Shown: piece after piece, positions 50,090-58,628 of the stretch
How the letters are laid out: every line of letters begins with the position of its first letter
Position numbering within the stretch: the first letter of the stretch is position 1
From: Acidimicrobiia bacterium
GTDB lineage: Bacteria; Actinomycetota; Acidimicrobiia; Spongiisociales; ZC4RG35
Direction of reading: 5' to 3'
DNA: 64,000 nucleotides
Assembly: GCA_012270885.1 (NCBI GenBank)
Contig: JAAXHN010000005.1
Coordinates: forward strand, 5,775-69,774
Program-made: the position numbers and the translations under genes
Notes under the pieces: generated by a model
What the model saw: only the letters and a program-made list of their open reading frames with translations
Databases searched by the model: none
Told to the model about the DNA's origin: nothing

Positions 50090-51081
50090 GGGTCCTCCGC
50101 CTCGTACAGTTCGATCTCGTTTCCGTCCGGGTCGGCCACATAGACGGTGAGACCGTAAGGTCCGGGTCCAAGCGGACGGACTATCCGGTAACCCGCCTCC
50201 TCCACGACTCGCTCGAATTCGGCCACTCCCTGCACTTCGAAGGCGAAGTGGTCCACCTGCCCGCCTTTTCCGGTCCCCCCTTCGGTTAGACCCAGGCCCT
50301 GCTCGATACCGATGAAACGGCGTCCGTCCCGAAACGGCGTCCGGTTCTTGACCTTGAACCCCAGAAGGTCGACGTAAAAGCGTTCGGCGGCTTCCAGGTC
50401 GGTGGTTTCCAGCAGCACGTGCCGTATGCCCTTTACCACCGGACGGCGGTTTTCAGCCAGCCACTCGTCCACCTCCGAGGAGGTAGCCAGGTGCGCCAGG
50501 TAGTGCGCCCACACCTGCAGAGCGGAAGGTTCCCACTGCGGGCGAACCCCAGCGATGCAGTCGGTCACCGCCACCACGTCGTAATCACGCAGGTAGGCCT
50601 CCCGTATGGTGGTCTCGACGCAGGCGTTGAGCGTCACCCCGGTGATGAACAGGGTTCGCACGCCCAGCATCTGCAAGAGGGATTGGAGGCGTGTCTCATA
50701 GAAGGCGCCGAACCGGTGCTTCTGCACCACCTTGGTGGGGTCGTCGGCCATCTCGGCCAATTCCTCCACTATCTCGGCGTCCCAACTGCCGGCCAGGGCC
50801 GCCACCCGGGAGCGACGCTCGGTGTGGGAGGGGAGTCGTTTTCGCCGCCGGCTACGGTCGCGTTGCAGATGGGCCTGCACCGTCCAGATCACCGGGATGC
50901 CGGCCGCCTTGAAGGACCCGACCAGTTGGCCGAGAGGCTCGTATATCTCCTGCGCAGGTCCGACATTGACTCCCGAGTCACCCAACGTTCCCTCTGGGTG
51001 ACAGAAGGCATTCTGCATGTCGATGACCAGCAACGCCGCACATCCCGGGTCGAGAGCCGTAAGGTCGATGGTGTCGCTCAT
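50086..51081 (-). CDS. Isochorismatase-family hydrolase fused to a VOC/glyoxalase domain
   Basis: Start re-set to ATG 51081 (MSDTIDLTALDP...). ALLVIDMQNAF and the TGVTLNACVE nucleophile in the N-terminal half. The C-terminal half (IRHVLLETTDLEAAERFYVDLLGF...VDHFAFEV...DPDGNEIELYE) is a VOC fold. Confidence 0.8.
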   Translation of the reverse strand: MSDTIDLTALDPGCAALLVIDMQNAFCHPEGTLGDSGVNVGPAQEIYEPLGQLVGSFKAAGIPVIWTVQAHLQRDRSRRRKRLPSHTERRSRVAALAGSWDAEIVEELAEMADDPTKVVQKHRFGAFYETRLQSLLQMLGVRTLFITGVTLNACVETTIREAYLRDYDVVAVTDCIAGVRPQWEPSALQVWAHYLAHLATSSEVDEWLAENRRPVVKGIRHVLLETTDLEAAERFYVDLLGFKVKNRTPFRDGRRFIGIEQGLGLTEGGTGKGGQVDHFAFEVQGVAEFERVVEEAGYRIVRPLGPGPYGLTVYVADPDGNEIELYEAEDP

Positions 51082-51272
51082 ACGTCTGTGCGATCCGGGC
51101 CAAGTACCCCGGCCAAACCCCAGTTGTTCCGTGGAACGTCGTGGATTATCACATGCAGTGCGTCGGGTCGGGCATCGGCATGTTCCACCATTGCCTCGGT
51201 TATGGCCCTGACCAGCCGACGCTTTTGCTCCACGGTTCGTCCTTCCCACATTTCCACGGTGACAACCGGCAC
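51078..51272 (-). CDS. 4-oxalocrotonate tautomerase family protein
   Basis: GTG 51272 lies 7 nt after AAGGAG and gives (M)PVVTVEMWEGRTVEQKRRLVRAITEAM..., with the catalytic Pro-1 after Met removal. The track ORF start at 51344 is over-extended. Confidence 0.75.
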   Translation of the reverse strand: MPVVTVEMWEGRTVEQKRRLVRAITEAMVEHADARPDALHVIIHDVPRNNWGLAGVLGPDRTDV

Positions 51273-51398
51273 GGCGCTGCTCCTTTTCGTCGCCTGCAAC
51301 CTCAATTTAGGGCAGAGGGTCGGTCCGAGTCCGATACCCTTCACGGGATTGTCGATTTAGCCAAACCACAAGCGCCCAGTCCTTCCTTCATATGGGAA

Positions 51399-53144
51399 AT
51401 GATGGTGGTCGGAGACCGCTTGGCCGGCTTGTCCCTGGCCGCGGAGGCGGCTGCCGGGGGCCTGCGACGGGTGCTGGTGCTCTCCCCCTCCGATCCCCAG
51501 GTCTATCCGAGCCGGTTCGAAGCTCCGGGAGTGACGGTCCGCTACGACACCGTGGCCCGCCGTATTCGCCGCCAACCGGGGCCGGTCCTGGTCACCGAAA
51601 CCTCGACCGGTGCGGTGGCGGCTCGGGTGGTGGTGATGAGTCTGCCCGATCCCCCGCCGGAAAAACGTTCACCCCGGATTTCCGTCGATCCGTCGATTTC
51701 TCCCCGTGTGTACGCCCATCCCGACCAGATGACAGAGAACCCTGGAGATGTGGTAGTGATGGGAGAGGGTGACCAGCCCGTGGAATGGGCGCTCGATCTC
51801 CTGGCTGCAGGCGCCAAGGTGGTGCTATGCCTCCCAGGCGCCGAGTTCGGCCCGATGTCTCTTCTGGCCAAGCGAACCCTCCGACGCTTGGAAGCCCAAC
51901 GGCAAGTCACCCTCTTCTGGCAAACCCGACCCACCAGGGTGTATGACCTGGGCGGCCATCCCACCGTGGCTTTCAACAATCGCCAAACGCCCGACCTCCA
52001 ATTCGATGAGGTCCTGATTTCGGGGCCCGATTCCTCTCCCCGCCGCCAACTGGAGAATGCGGGAATCAAGCTGGAGAGAGGACCGTTGCCGATCTATCTG
52101 CTCTTCCCTCGAGATAAAGGTGTGGAGATCCCCGCCGGTGTGACCAACATCCTCACAGATCGCGCTTGGGAAATTATTCGAGCCAGGCACTTTCCCTCCC
52201 TGCCACCCTCTCCTAAGAGAATCACCCCGGTCCCGGCGGGAAAGCATCTGTTCAACCTGGAAAACCGCCATTACAACGCCACCATCACCTGGTTCCGCCG
52301 AGTGAATCCTGATCTGTGGATACTGCGGGTCCGCCCCGACCAACGGGACTCGCCATTGGTCCCCGGACAATACGCCACCCTGGGGCTCGGTTATTGGGAA
52401 CCCCGGGTGGACGGTGCAGATGACCCCTCGGCGGGAGAGGAGAGGCTTGTGCGAAGGTCGTATTCCATCTCTTCTCGCATTTTCGACCCCAAGGGCTATC
52501 TCACCGACCCGGCATATGAGGAACATCTGGAGTTCTACATTGTCTTGGTGCCTCCCACCACAGATCGTCTACCGGCGCTAACACCCAGACTGGCCCTGAA
52601 GCACGAGGGAGATCGGATATATCTCGGACCCCGTATGGCGGGCCGCTACACCTTGGCCGCGGTGACCGACCCCTTTTCAGACGTTCTGTTCCTAGCCACC
52701 GGTACCGGAGAGGCGCCGCACAACGCAATGGCGGTGGAACTGTTCCGCAAGGGCCATCAGGGCCGAGTGGTCTCGGTGGTTTCGGCCCGGTACGCCGCCG
52801 ACCTGGGATATGTTGCCCGCCACCGGGCGCTGGAGGATAGATTTTCCAACTATCGCTATCTTCCCCTGGTGACCCGCCAGGATATTCCCGGCGTGCTGCG
52901 GATGCGCATCCAACAGCTCATCGCAGAGGATTTGCTCACCGAAGAGACCGGCCTGGAGTTGAATCCTTCCCGCCTGCAGGTTTTCATGTGCGGCAATCCG
53001 GCCATGATCGGCGTGCCCGAATGGGTTGATGACCAGCCGGTTTTCGGAGAAACCCCGGGAGCCGCTCAACTCCTGGTGGAGCGGGGTTTCACTCTCCCCC
53101 GCCAGGGAGTGAAGGCCAACATCCACTACGAGGAGTACTGGTAA
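51399..53144 (+). CDS. Two-domain flavoprotein: degenerate FAD/NAD(P)-oxidoreductase-like N-half fused to a ferredoxin-NADP+ reductase (FNR) C-half
   Basis: The C-terminal half has RRSYSISS (RxYS FAD motif), LATGTGEAP (NADP motif), FMCGNPAM, and ends EEYW. The N-terminal half resembles a pyridine-nucleotide-disulfide oxidoreductase, but its dinucleotide motifs are degraded (VVGDRLAG, VMGEGDQP). The start is uncertain (ATG 51399 or 51402). Confidence 0.7.
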   Translation: MMVVGDRLAGLSLAAEAAAGGLRRVLVLSPSDPQVYPSRFEAPGVTVRYDTVARRIRRQPGPVLVTETSTGAVAARVVVMSLPDPPPEKRSPRISVDPSISPRVYAHPDQMTENPGDVVVMGEGDQPVEWALDLLAAGAKVVLCLPGAEFGPMSLLAKRTLRRLEAQRQVTLFWQTRPTRVYDLGGHPTVAFNNRQTPDLQFDEVLISGPDSSPRRQLENAGIKLERGPLPIYLLFPRDKGVEIPAGVTNILTDRAWEIIRARHFPSLPPSPKRITPVPAGKHLFNLENRHYNATITWFRRVNPDLWILRVRPDQRDSPLVPGQYATLGLGYWEPRVDGADDPSAGEERLVRRSYSISSRIFDPKGYLTDPAYEEHLEFYIVLVPPTTDRLPALTPRLALKHEGDRIYLGPRMAGRYTLAAVTDPFSDVLFLATGTGEAPHNAMAVELFRKGHQGRVVSVVSARYAADLGYVARHRALEDRFSNYRYLPLVTRQDIPGVLRMRIQQLIAEDLLTEETGLELNPSRLQVFMCGNPAMIGVPEWVDDQPVFGETPGAAQLLVERGFTLPRQGVKANIHYEEYW

Positions 53145-53150
53145 AAGCAC

Positions 53151-54053
53151 ATGTCCGTTCCCTGGAGACAACGGGTGATCGCGGTGGTGGGTGGAGACCG
53201 CCGCGAGCAGGAGATTGCCCGCCGGGCGGCGGCCACCGGCGCCGATGTGCGGGCTTATGGGTTTCCATGGCCGAAGGGAGGGATCAACCGGGCGACGCTC
53301 TGCTCCTCTGCGAAAGCAGCCCTGAACGGTGCTCACTACGGGCTGCTTCCCATCCCCGGCCTCGCCGACGACGGCGCCCTCTTCGCGCCTTCCGCCGCCC
53401 AACCAATTTTCGTCGGAGTCCCTGAGCTGAAGTCGATGGCCAAAGGGGCCCACCTGATTCTGGGCGCCGCCGATCATCGACTCCGGGCGGCGGCCGAGCA
53501 AGCCGGAGTGGGTGTTGCCGAGTACGAGGGCGACCGGGAGTTGATGCTGAGGCGGGGGCCCGCAATCGTGGAAGGGGCCGTGGGAAAGATCATCGAACTG
53601 ACCAAGATCACCATCCACAATGCCGCCATCGGAGTGGTCGGCCAGGGGACCATCGGGTCGCTCCTTACTCGCACACTGGTGCTTTTGGGAGCAGAGGTCC
53701 TGGTGGCCGCCCGGAGTCCGGTCCAGCGGGCGGCGGCGGAAGCGATCGGAGCGGCGGCCGTACATCTCGACCAACTGCCCGAGCATGCCCACCGCCTGAG
53801 CATGCTGGTGTCCACCGTCCCCGTCCAAGTGATCGGCGACGAGGTTCTTAAACGACTTCCGGATGCAAGCCTGGTCATGGACCTTGCCGTCCCCCCGGGG
53901 GGAGTGGACCTCGACCGGGCGGCCCAACTGGGACACGTCACCTGCTGGGCAAGAGGACTGGGCGACCGCGCCCCGATTACGGTCGGCGCCTCGCAGTGGG
54001 ATGGAATCCACAGGAGAATCGAGAAGATCGAAGAGGCCGTGCATGAAAGCTGA
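53151..54053 (+). CDS. Dipicolinate synthase subunit A (DpaA/SpoVFA)-like NAD-binding dehydrogenase
   Basis: From memory, collinear with B. subtilis SpoVFA: VIAVVGGDRREQEI, YGF, LLPIPG, IVEGAVGKIIELTKITIHNAAIGVVGQGTIGSLLTRTLVLLGAEVLVAARS, and VMDLAVPPGGVDLD...ARGLGDRAPITVGAS. Confidence 0.75.
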   Translation: MSVPWRQRVIAVVGGDRREQEIARRAAATGADVRAYGFPWPKGGINRATLCSSAKAALNGAHYGLLPIPGLADDGALFAPSAAQPIFVGVPELKSMAKGAHLILGAADHRLRAAAEQAGVGVAEYEGDRELMLRRGPAIVEGAVGKIIELTKITIHNAAIGVVGQGTIGSLLTRTLVLLGAEVLVAARSPVQRAAAEAIGAAAVHLDQLPEHAHRLSMLVSTVPVQVIGDEVLKRLPDASLVMDLAVPPGGVDLDRAAQLGHVTCWARGLGDRAPITVGASQWDGIHRRIEKIEEAVHES

Positions 54054-55389
54054 CTTGGTGGTCAAAAACGCCCGCGTGGTGACACACACCGGAGAATTCA
54101 GAGGTGGGGTCTCCGTCCTCGGTGAACAGATTTCGGCTGTCGGCAGCAACGGGGACTTGCCTGCAGGTCGGAGGGTGATCAACGCCGAAGGTCTGGTTTT
54201 GATGCCGGGGGTGATCGATCCCCACTGCCATCTGGGAGTGAACTATCCCTACGACGAGGACATGGACACCGAGACCGCCGCGGCGGCCCGGGGCGGGATC
54301 ACCACCGTGCTCCTGTATATCAGGAACCTCGAACCCTCATACATACCCTTCTACCGCGACCGCCGCCGCCGAGGAGAGGCGGTGGCTCGCATCGACTTCG
54401 GATTCCACTTCGGCATCCAGCGGGAGGAACACATCGCCGAGATACCCCGGATCGCCAAAGAAACCGGCGTGCAGTCCTTCAAGTGCTACTTCGGATACGA
54501 GCATGACAATCCCATCGGGATAGTGCCCGCCGACGACGGCTGGGTATACACCGCCATGACCAAGATCCGTGAGCTTCCCCAAGGGGTGATCTCGGTTCAC
54601 TGTGAGAACACCGAGATCGCCCGGTGGATTAAGCGCTCGGTGCAGGCCACGGGGCGTCAGGATCTAGGCGCCTATACGGAGTCGCGTCCGGCTTTCTGTG
54701 AGGAGGAGACCATCGCCCGGATGATCTTTCTGGCCGAACTCACCGGATGTCCCCTGTATGTGGTGCACACCAGCGTGGCTGCGGGACCCAAGCTCGCCGC
54801 CCGGGCCCGGGCCCGGGGAGTGGACGTAACCATCGAGACCTGCCCCCACTACCTGGTCCGCACCGCTTACGATCCAGACCTGGACATGCGGGCCAAGATC
54901 TCTCCTCCCCTGCGGGACGCCCGCCAGCAGGAGGGATTGTGGGAAGGAATCTTCGCCGGCCAGGTGGGATCCATCGGATCGGACCACGTTCCCTTCTTTC
55001 CCAAGAAAGGCGAAGACCTGTGGGAAGAGAAACCGGGAGTGGTCTCCTTTCCATGGGAATTGGCGCTGTTGATGGAGTACGGTGTGCATCGCCGGGGGCT
55101 TCCCCTATCCGACCTGGTGAGGTTGAACTCATTCGGACCGGCGCGCCGCTTTGGCCTCTATCCACGCAAAGGGGCTATCGTTCCCGGCGCCGACGCCGAC
55201 CTGGTTCTGGTCGACCCCGACCGGGTGGACACGGTTCGCCACACCGGCAACGGAACCTGCATCTACGAGGGGATAAGCCTGCGGGGATGGCCGGTGTTGA
55301 CCGTCAGCCGTGGGAGGGTGGTCTTCGATGACGGAGAGGTGGACCCCGATTCAATGGGCCACGGCCTGTGTGTATCCCGACCCGACTGA
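54043..55389 (+). CDS. Cyclic amidohydrolase (hydantoinase/dihydropyrimidinase family)
   Basis: Start re-set to MKADLVVKNARVV. PGVIDPHCH, SFKCYFGY (carbamylated Lys position), VHCEN, YVVHTS and GSDH motifs. Overlaps the previous gene by 11 nt. Confidence 0.85.
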   Translation: MKADLVVKNARVVTHTGEFRGGVSVLGEQISAVGSNGDLPAGRRVINAEGLVLMPGVIDPHCHLGVNYPYDEDMDTETAAAARGGITTVLLYIRNLEPSYIPFYRDRRRRGEAVARIDFGFHFGIQREEHIAEIPRIAKETGVQSFKCYFGYEHDNPIGIVPADDGWVYTAMTKIRELPQGVISVHCENTEIARWIKRSVQATGRQDLGAYTESRPAFCEEETIARMIFLAELTGCPLYVVHTSVAAGPKLAARARARGVDVTIETCPHYLVRTAYDPDLDMRAKISPPLRDARQQEGLWEGIFAGQVGSIGSDHVPFFPKKGEDLWEEKPGVVSFPWELALLMEYGVHRRGLPLSDLVRLNSFGPARRFGLYPRKGAIVPGADADLVLVDPDRVDTVRHTGNGTCIYEGISLRGWPVLTVSRGRVVFDDGEVDPDSMGHGLCVSRPD

Positions 55390-55465
55390 TCACAGTTGTG
55401 GTGAACCGCGGTCCGGCGAATAGCATGTCAGTGATCATTTGCCACCCAGGCACAAGGAGCGACCG

Positions 55466-56062
55466 ATGAGAATTCTGGTGGTGTGGGCGCATCCGCTGGC
55501 CGACAGTTATTCGGCGGCGCTCAAAGACCGGGCGGAGGGCGCCCTGCAGGAAGCTGGACACGAAATCGATCTCCTCGATCTCTACGCCGAGGCGTTCGAC
55601 CCGGTCCTATCCGCGCAGGAGCGCCGGGATTACCACGAGATAGGGCCCAACCTCCGCAATGTCCAATCCTATGTGGACCGACTCAGGGCTGCCGAAGGCC
55701 TGCTCTTGGTCTTCCCCACCTGGAGCTTCGGCTACCCGGCCATCCTGACCGGGTGGCTGCAGCGGGTGTGGATCCCAGGTGTGGCCTTCGGGCTGCGGGA
55801 AGAAGGGGGCCCCATTATCCCGGGGATACTGGGAATCCGGAGAGTGGCTGCGATCACCACCACCGGATCGCCATGGTGGTATGTGAAGGCGGTGGGCAAC
55901 CCCGCCAAGAAGGTGCTCAAACGGGGCCACCGCGTCATGTTCGCCAAAGGCTGTCGGGTGAAGTGGCTGGACCTGAACAACATGAACAAAGACTCCCCGC
56001 GCAAGAGAACGAGATTCCTGGCCAAGGTTGAACGCACCCTCCCGAACTTCTTCAACCGTTAG
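55466..56062 (+). CDS. Flavodoxin-like fold NAD(P)H dehydrogenase (quinone), NQO/MdaB-like
   Basis: MRILVVWAHPLADSYSAAL...LVFPTWSFGYPAILTGWL pattern. Confidence 0.8.
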   Translation: MRILVVWAHPLADSYSAALKDRAEGALQEAGHEIDLLDLYAEAFDPVLSAQERRDYHEIGPNLRNVQSYVDRLRAAEGLLLVFPTWSFGYPAILTGWLQRVWIPGVAFGLREEGGPIIPGILGIRRVAAITTTGSPWWYVKAVGNPAKKVLKRGHRVMFAKGCRVKWLDLNNMNKDSPRKRTRFLAKVERTLPNFFNR

Positions 56063-56113
56063 GTCACCAGTCTCCGGAGTCCTGACCGTGGCGATCTATA
56101 ACGATTTGAGCCG

Positions 56114-56135
56114 TTTATAAGAACAACCTTATAAA
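56114..56135. promoter_or_regulatory. Inverted repeat in the AT-rich region upstream of the AAA ATPase gene
   Basis: TTTATAAG-aacaac-CTTATAAA (8-bp arms) inside the strongly AT-rich 56063-56195 spacer, together with further TATAA copies. Confidence 0.35.
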
Positions 56136-56195
56136 TGCCACAAACCCCAATAAACCACACATATCCCTATATACCGAAGCAACCCGACTCTTGGA

Positions 56196-57371
56196 ATGGA
56201 TCCCGGTAAAAATCCATACAGCCCTGGTGCCGGCGCCTGGCCTTCCGCTCTTGTAGGACGAGACAGGGAGATCAACCAATTCGAGATCGCCACCAGAAGG
56301 CTGGGAGCAGGCCTCTACGACAGAAGTTTGTTGCTCAGCGGATTGCGCGGTGTGGGCAAGACAGTTCTACTCAATGAGTTCTGCAGCATCGCCCAACGGC
56401 AAGGCTGGGGGTTTCAGCAGATCGAAGCGACGAGGAGCTTACATCTGCCGCGCATCATGGCTGATCGGGTCCGAGTGGCCCTACTGCGACTTTCCGCAGG
56501 TCATCGTCCCGCAGACCGGGCTCGCCGCGCTTTGGGCGTGTTGAAGTCGTTCAAGGTGCGCTGGAATCTGCCGGAAGGCGGCGATGTGGAGGTCGGTATC
56601 GATCCCATTCCCGGTCGCGCCGACACGGGAATCCTTCAGGAGGATCTCGCCGACCTGTTCACTGAAGTGGGCCGGTACGCACGGGAACGGAAAATTGGTG
56701 TTCTCATTACCATCGACGAAGCCCAATATCTGCGGCGCGAACAGCTCGGAACCTTGGTCATGGGACTTCACCAGTTGAGCCAGAGACAACTTCCCCTCAT
56801 GGTGGTGGCAGCAGGATTGCCATCCCTTCCTGCATTGGTAGGCGAAGCCCGGTCATACGCGGAGCGACTCTTTACCTTCATCAAGATCAATAGCCTTTTA
56901 CCGGAGGAAGCCGCCACTGCCCTGACCATTCCAGCAAGAGCACATGATGTGCGTTGGCATACCGATGCTTTGGATAGGATCGTGGACGAGACGGCCGGAT
57001 ACCCCTATTTCCTTCAAGAATTCGGAAAGCAGGCGTGGAATTTTGCGGCCGGGCCGCATCAAATCGACTTGAAGAACGTAAAAAACGCTTCTCCGATCGC
57101 CATCAGCGCGCTCGATACAGGTTTCTTCAGCGTCCGGTTCGATCGCACCACCGAAGCCGAGCGAGCCTATATGGCGGCAATGGCCCAACTCGGACCCGGC
57201 CCGCATCCATCGGGCGAGGTGGCATCCCAGATGGGCAAGACCACCTCCCAGGTCAGCCACCACCGTAACTCGGTAATAGCCAAAGGCCTCTGCCACGCTC
57301 CCCGCCATGGCCAAATCGCCTTTACCTTGCCGATGTTCGATCAGTTCGTCCGCCGACGCATGTCCTTGTAG
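56196..57371 (+). CDS. AAA+/ORC-Cdc6-like ATPase with a C-terminal winged-helix domain (orphan)
   Basis: LVGRDREI..., Walker A SGLRGVGKT, Walker B VLITIDEAQYL, and a C-terminal wHTH-like segment (SGEVASQMGKTTSQVSHHRNSVIAKGL). Lower GC than the neighbours. Confidence 0.7.
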   Translation: MDPGKNPYSPGAGAWPSALVGRDREINQFEIATRRLGAGLYDRSLLLSGLRGVGKTVLLNEFCSIAQRQGWGFQQIEATRSLHLPRIMADRVRVALLRLSAGHRPADRARRALGVLKSFKVRWNLPEGGDVEVGIDPIPGRADTGILQEDLADLFTEVGRYARERKIGVLITIDEAQYLRREQLGTLVMGLHQLSQRQLPLMVVAAGLPSLPALVGEARSYAERLFTFIKINSLLPEEAATALTIPARAHDVRWHTDALDRIVDETAGYPYFLQEFGKQAWNFAAGPHQIDLKNVKNASPIAISALDTGFFSVRFDRTTEAERAYMAAMAQLGPGPHPSGEVASQMGKTTSQVSHHRNSVIAKGLCHAPRHGQIAFTLPMFDQFVRRRMSL

Positions 57372-57396
57372 GCGGCAGCGGTCAGGTCAAGACTTC

Positions 57397-58512
57397 TCAG
57401 CCGATTGTGATCAACTCCCGGTTGTCCGTTGCATCTGACAGCAACTCGGCGCCTCGGGCTGTGACGGCCACCATGTCCTTGAGTTGCAGACCAAACCCGT
57501 GGCCGGTGTCATAGATCAGAGGTTCTACGCCGAACACCATTCCCTCTTCGAGTACCTGGTCGTGGCGAGAACTCAGATAGGGATGCTCGTGCAGGGATAG
57601 TCCTATTCCATGACCCACGAAGGAAAAGAGCGGCAGGCCGAGGGGACCGCACACGGCTTCGAACCGATCCCACACCGACCGGCTAGAGACACCTGGACGG
57701 ATGGCGTCGAGCAAGACTTCCCGGCACTCCACCAGATTGGCCCATATCTCGACCGCTGCCCGAGGCGCCGTTCCCACCACCGCAGTGCGGCACACTCCGG
57801 CGTGATACCCCTCCGCCACCGCGAAGATCTCCACTCGGCACACATCCCCTTCCTGCAGAACCCGCTCGGAGGGACCCACATTGGCCAACCGGCTCCGGGG
57901 GCCGGTGGCAACGATCATCAGCTTGAAGTCCTCGGCGCCTCCCCGGTAGATGCCGTCGGTGAGTGCGGCGGCGATCTCCATCTCGGTGTCCCCCACCTTT
58001 ACCGCCCCGAGGGCTGCTCCGATGGAAGCGTCGGCGATTCGGGACAGGCGGGCCAGGAGCGCCAGTTCTTCCGGGGTCTTGACCTGCCGCTGCCTCCCCA
58101 GCCACCGGTCGGCGGCCACCCACTCCACCCCGGGCGTTGCTTCCTTTAGGCGGGCGAATTCCGCCGCCGGCAGGTATCCCAGTTCCAGACCCAACCGACC
58201 CCGGCTCAGACCCAGCCGCTCCAACAACCCGGCTAGGCAGGCCATCGGATCGTCGCCGAACTCGTCCCACACCGCCACCCCGGCGGCTCCGGTCCGCTGC
58301 CGTACCATGGCCTCCTCCACCCCCACACACATCACTGCCGGATCACCGCCGGCCGGAAGCACGACCGCCGCGTGGCGCCAGCGCATGAGCGGGTGGGAAG
58401 GAACCACGAATCCGGCCAGATAGGCGAAGTTCTCGGGAGAAGAAACCACCAGCCCATCCCAGCTCTGCTCCTCCATGGCTGGCCGGAGGCGGGCAACAAC
58501 CTGTTCTCTCAT
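57397..58512 (-). CDS. M24-family metallopeptidase (Xaa-Pro peptidase/creatinase-like)
   Basis: Start re-set to MREQVVARL. Creatinase_N-like N-domain and a pita-bread fold with HGIGLSLHE and EPLIY motifs. Confidence 0.85.
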   Translation of the reverse strand: MREQVVARLRPAMEEQSWDGLVVSSPENFAYLAGFVVPSHPLMRWRHAAVVLPAGGDPAVMCVGVEEAMVRQRTGAAGVAVWDEFGDDPMACLAGLLERLGLSRGRLGLELGYLPAAEFARLKEATPGVEWVAADRWLGRQRQVKTPEELALLARLSRIADASIGAALGAVKVGDTEMEIAAALTDGIYRGGAEDFKLMIVATGPRSRLANVGPSERVLQEGDVCRVEIFAVAEGYHAGVCRTAVVGTAPRAAVEIWANLVECREVLLDAIRPGVSSRSVWDRFEAVCGPLGLPLFSFVGHGIGLSLHEHPYLSSRHDQVLEEGMVFGVEPLIYDTGHGFGLQLKDMVAVTARGAELLSDATDNRELITIG

Positions 58513-58628
58513 CCTGCATCCTCCGAGTGGTCGATGGAATCGTAACAACCGGCGCCCAGCTAGGCACCTCTGTGGATCCTGTATCGTTAACTCCCTGTAA
58601 ACAATCCCCAGGAACAAGGTCTAGAAGG

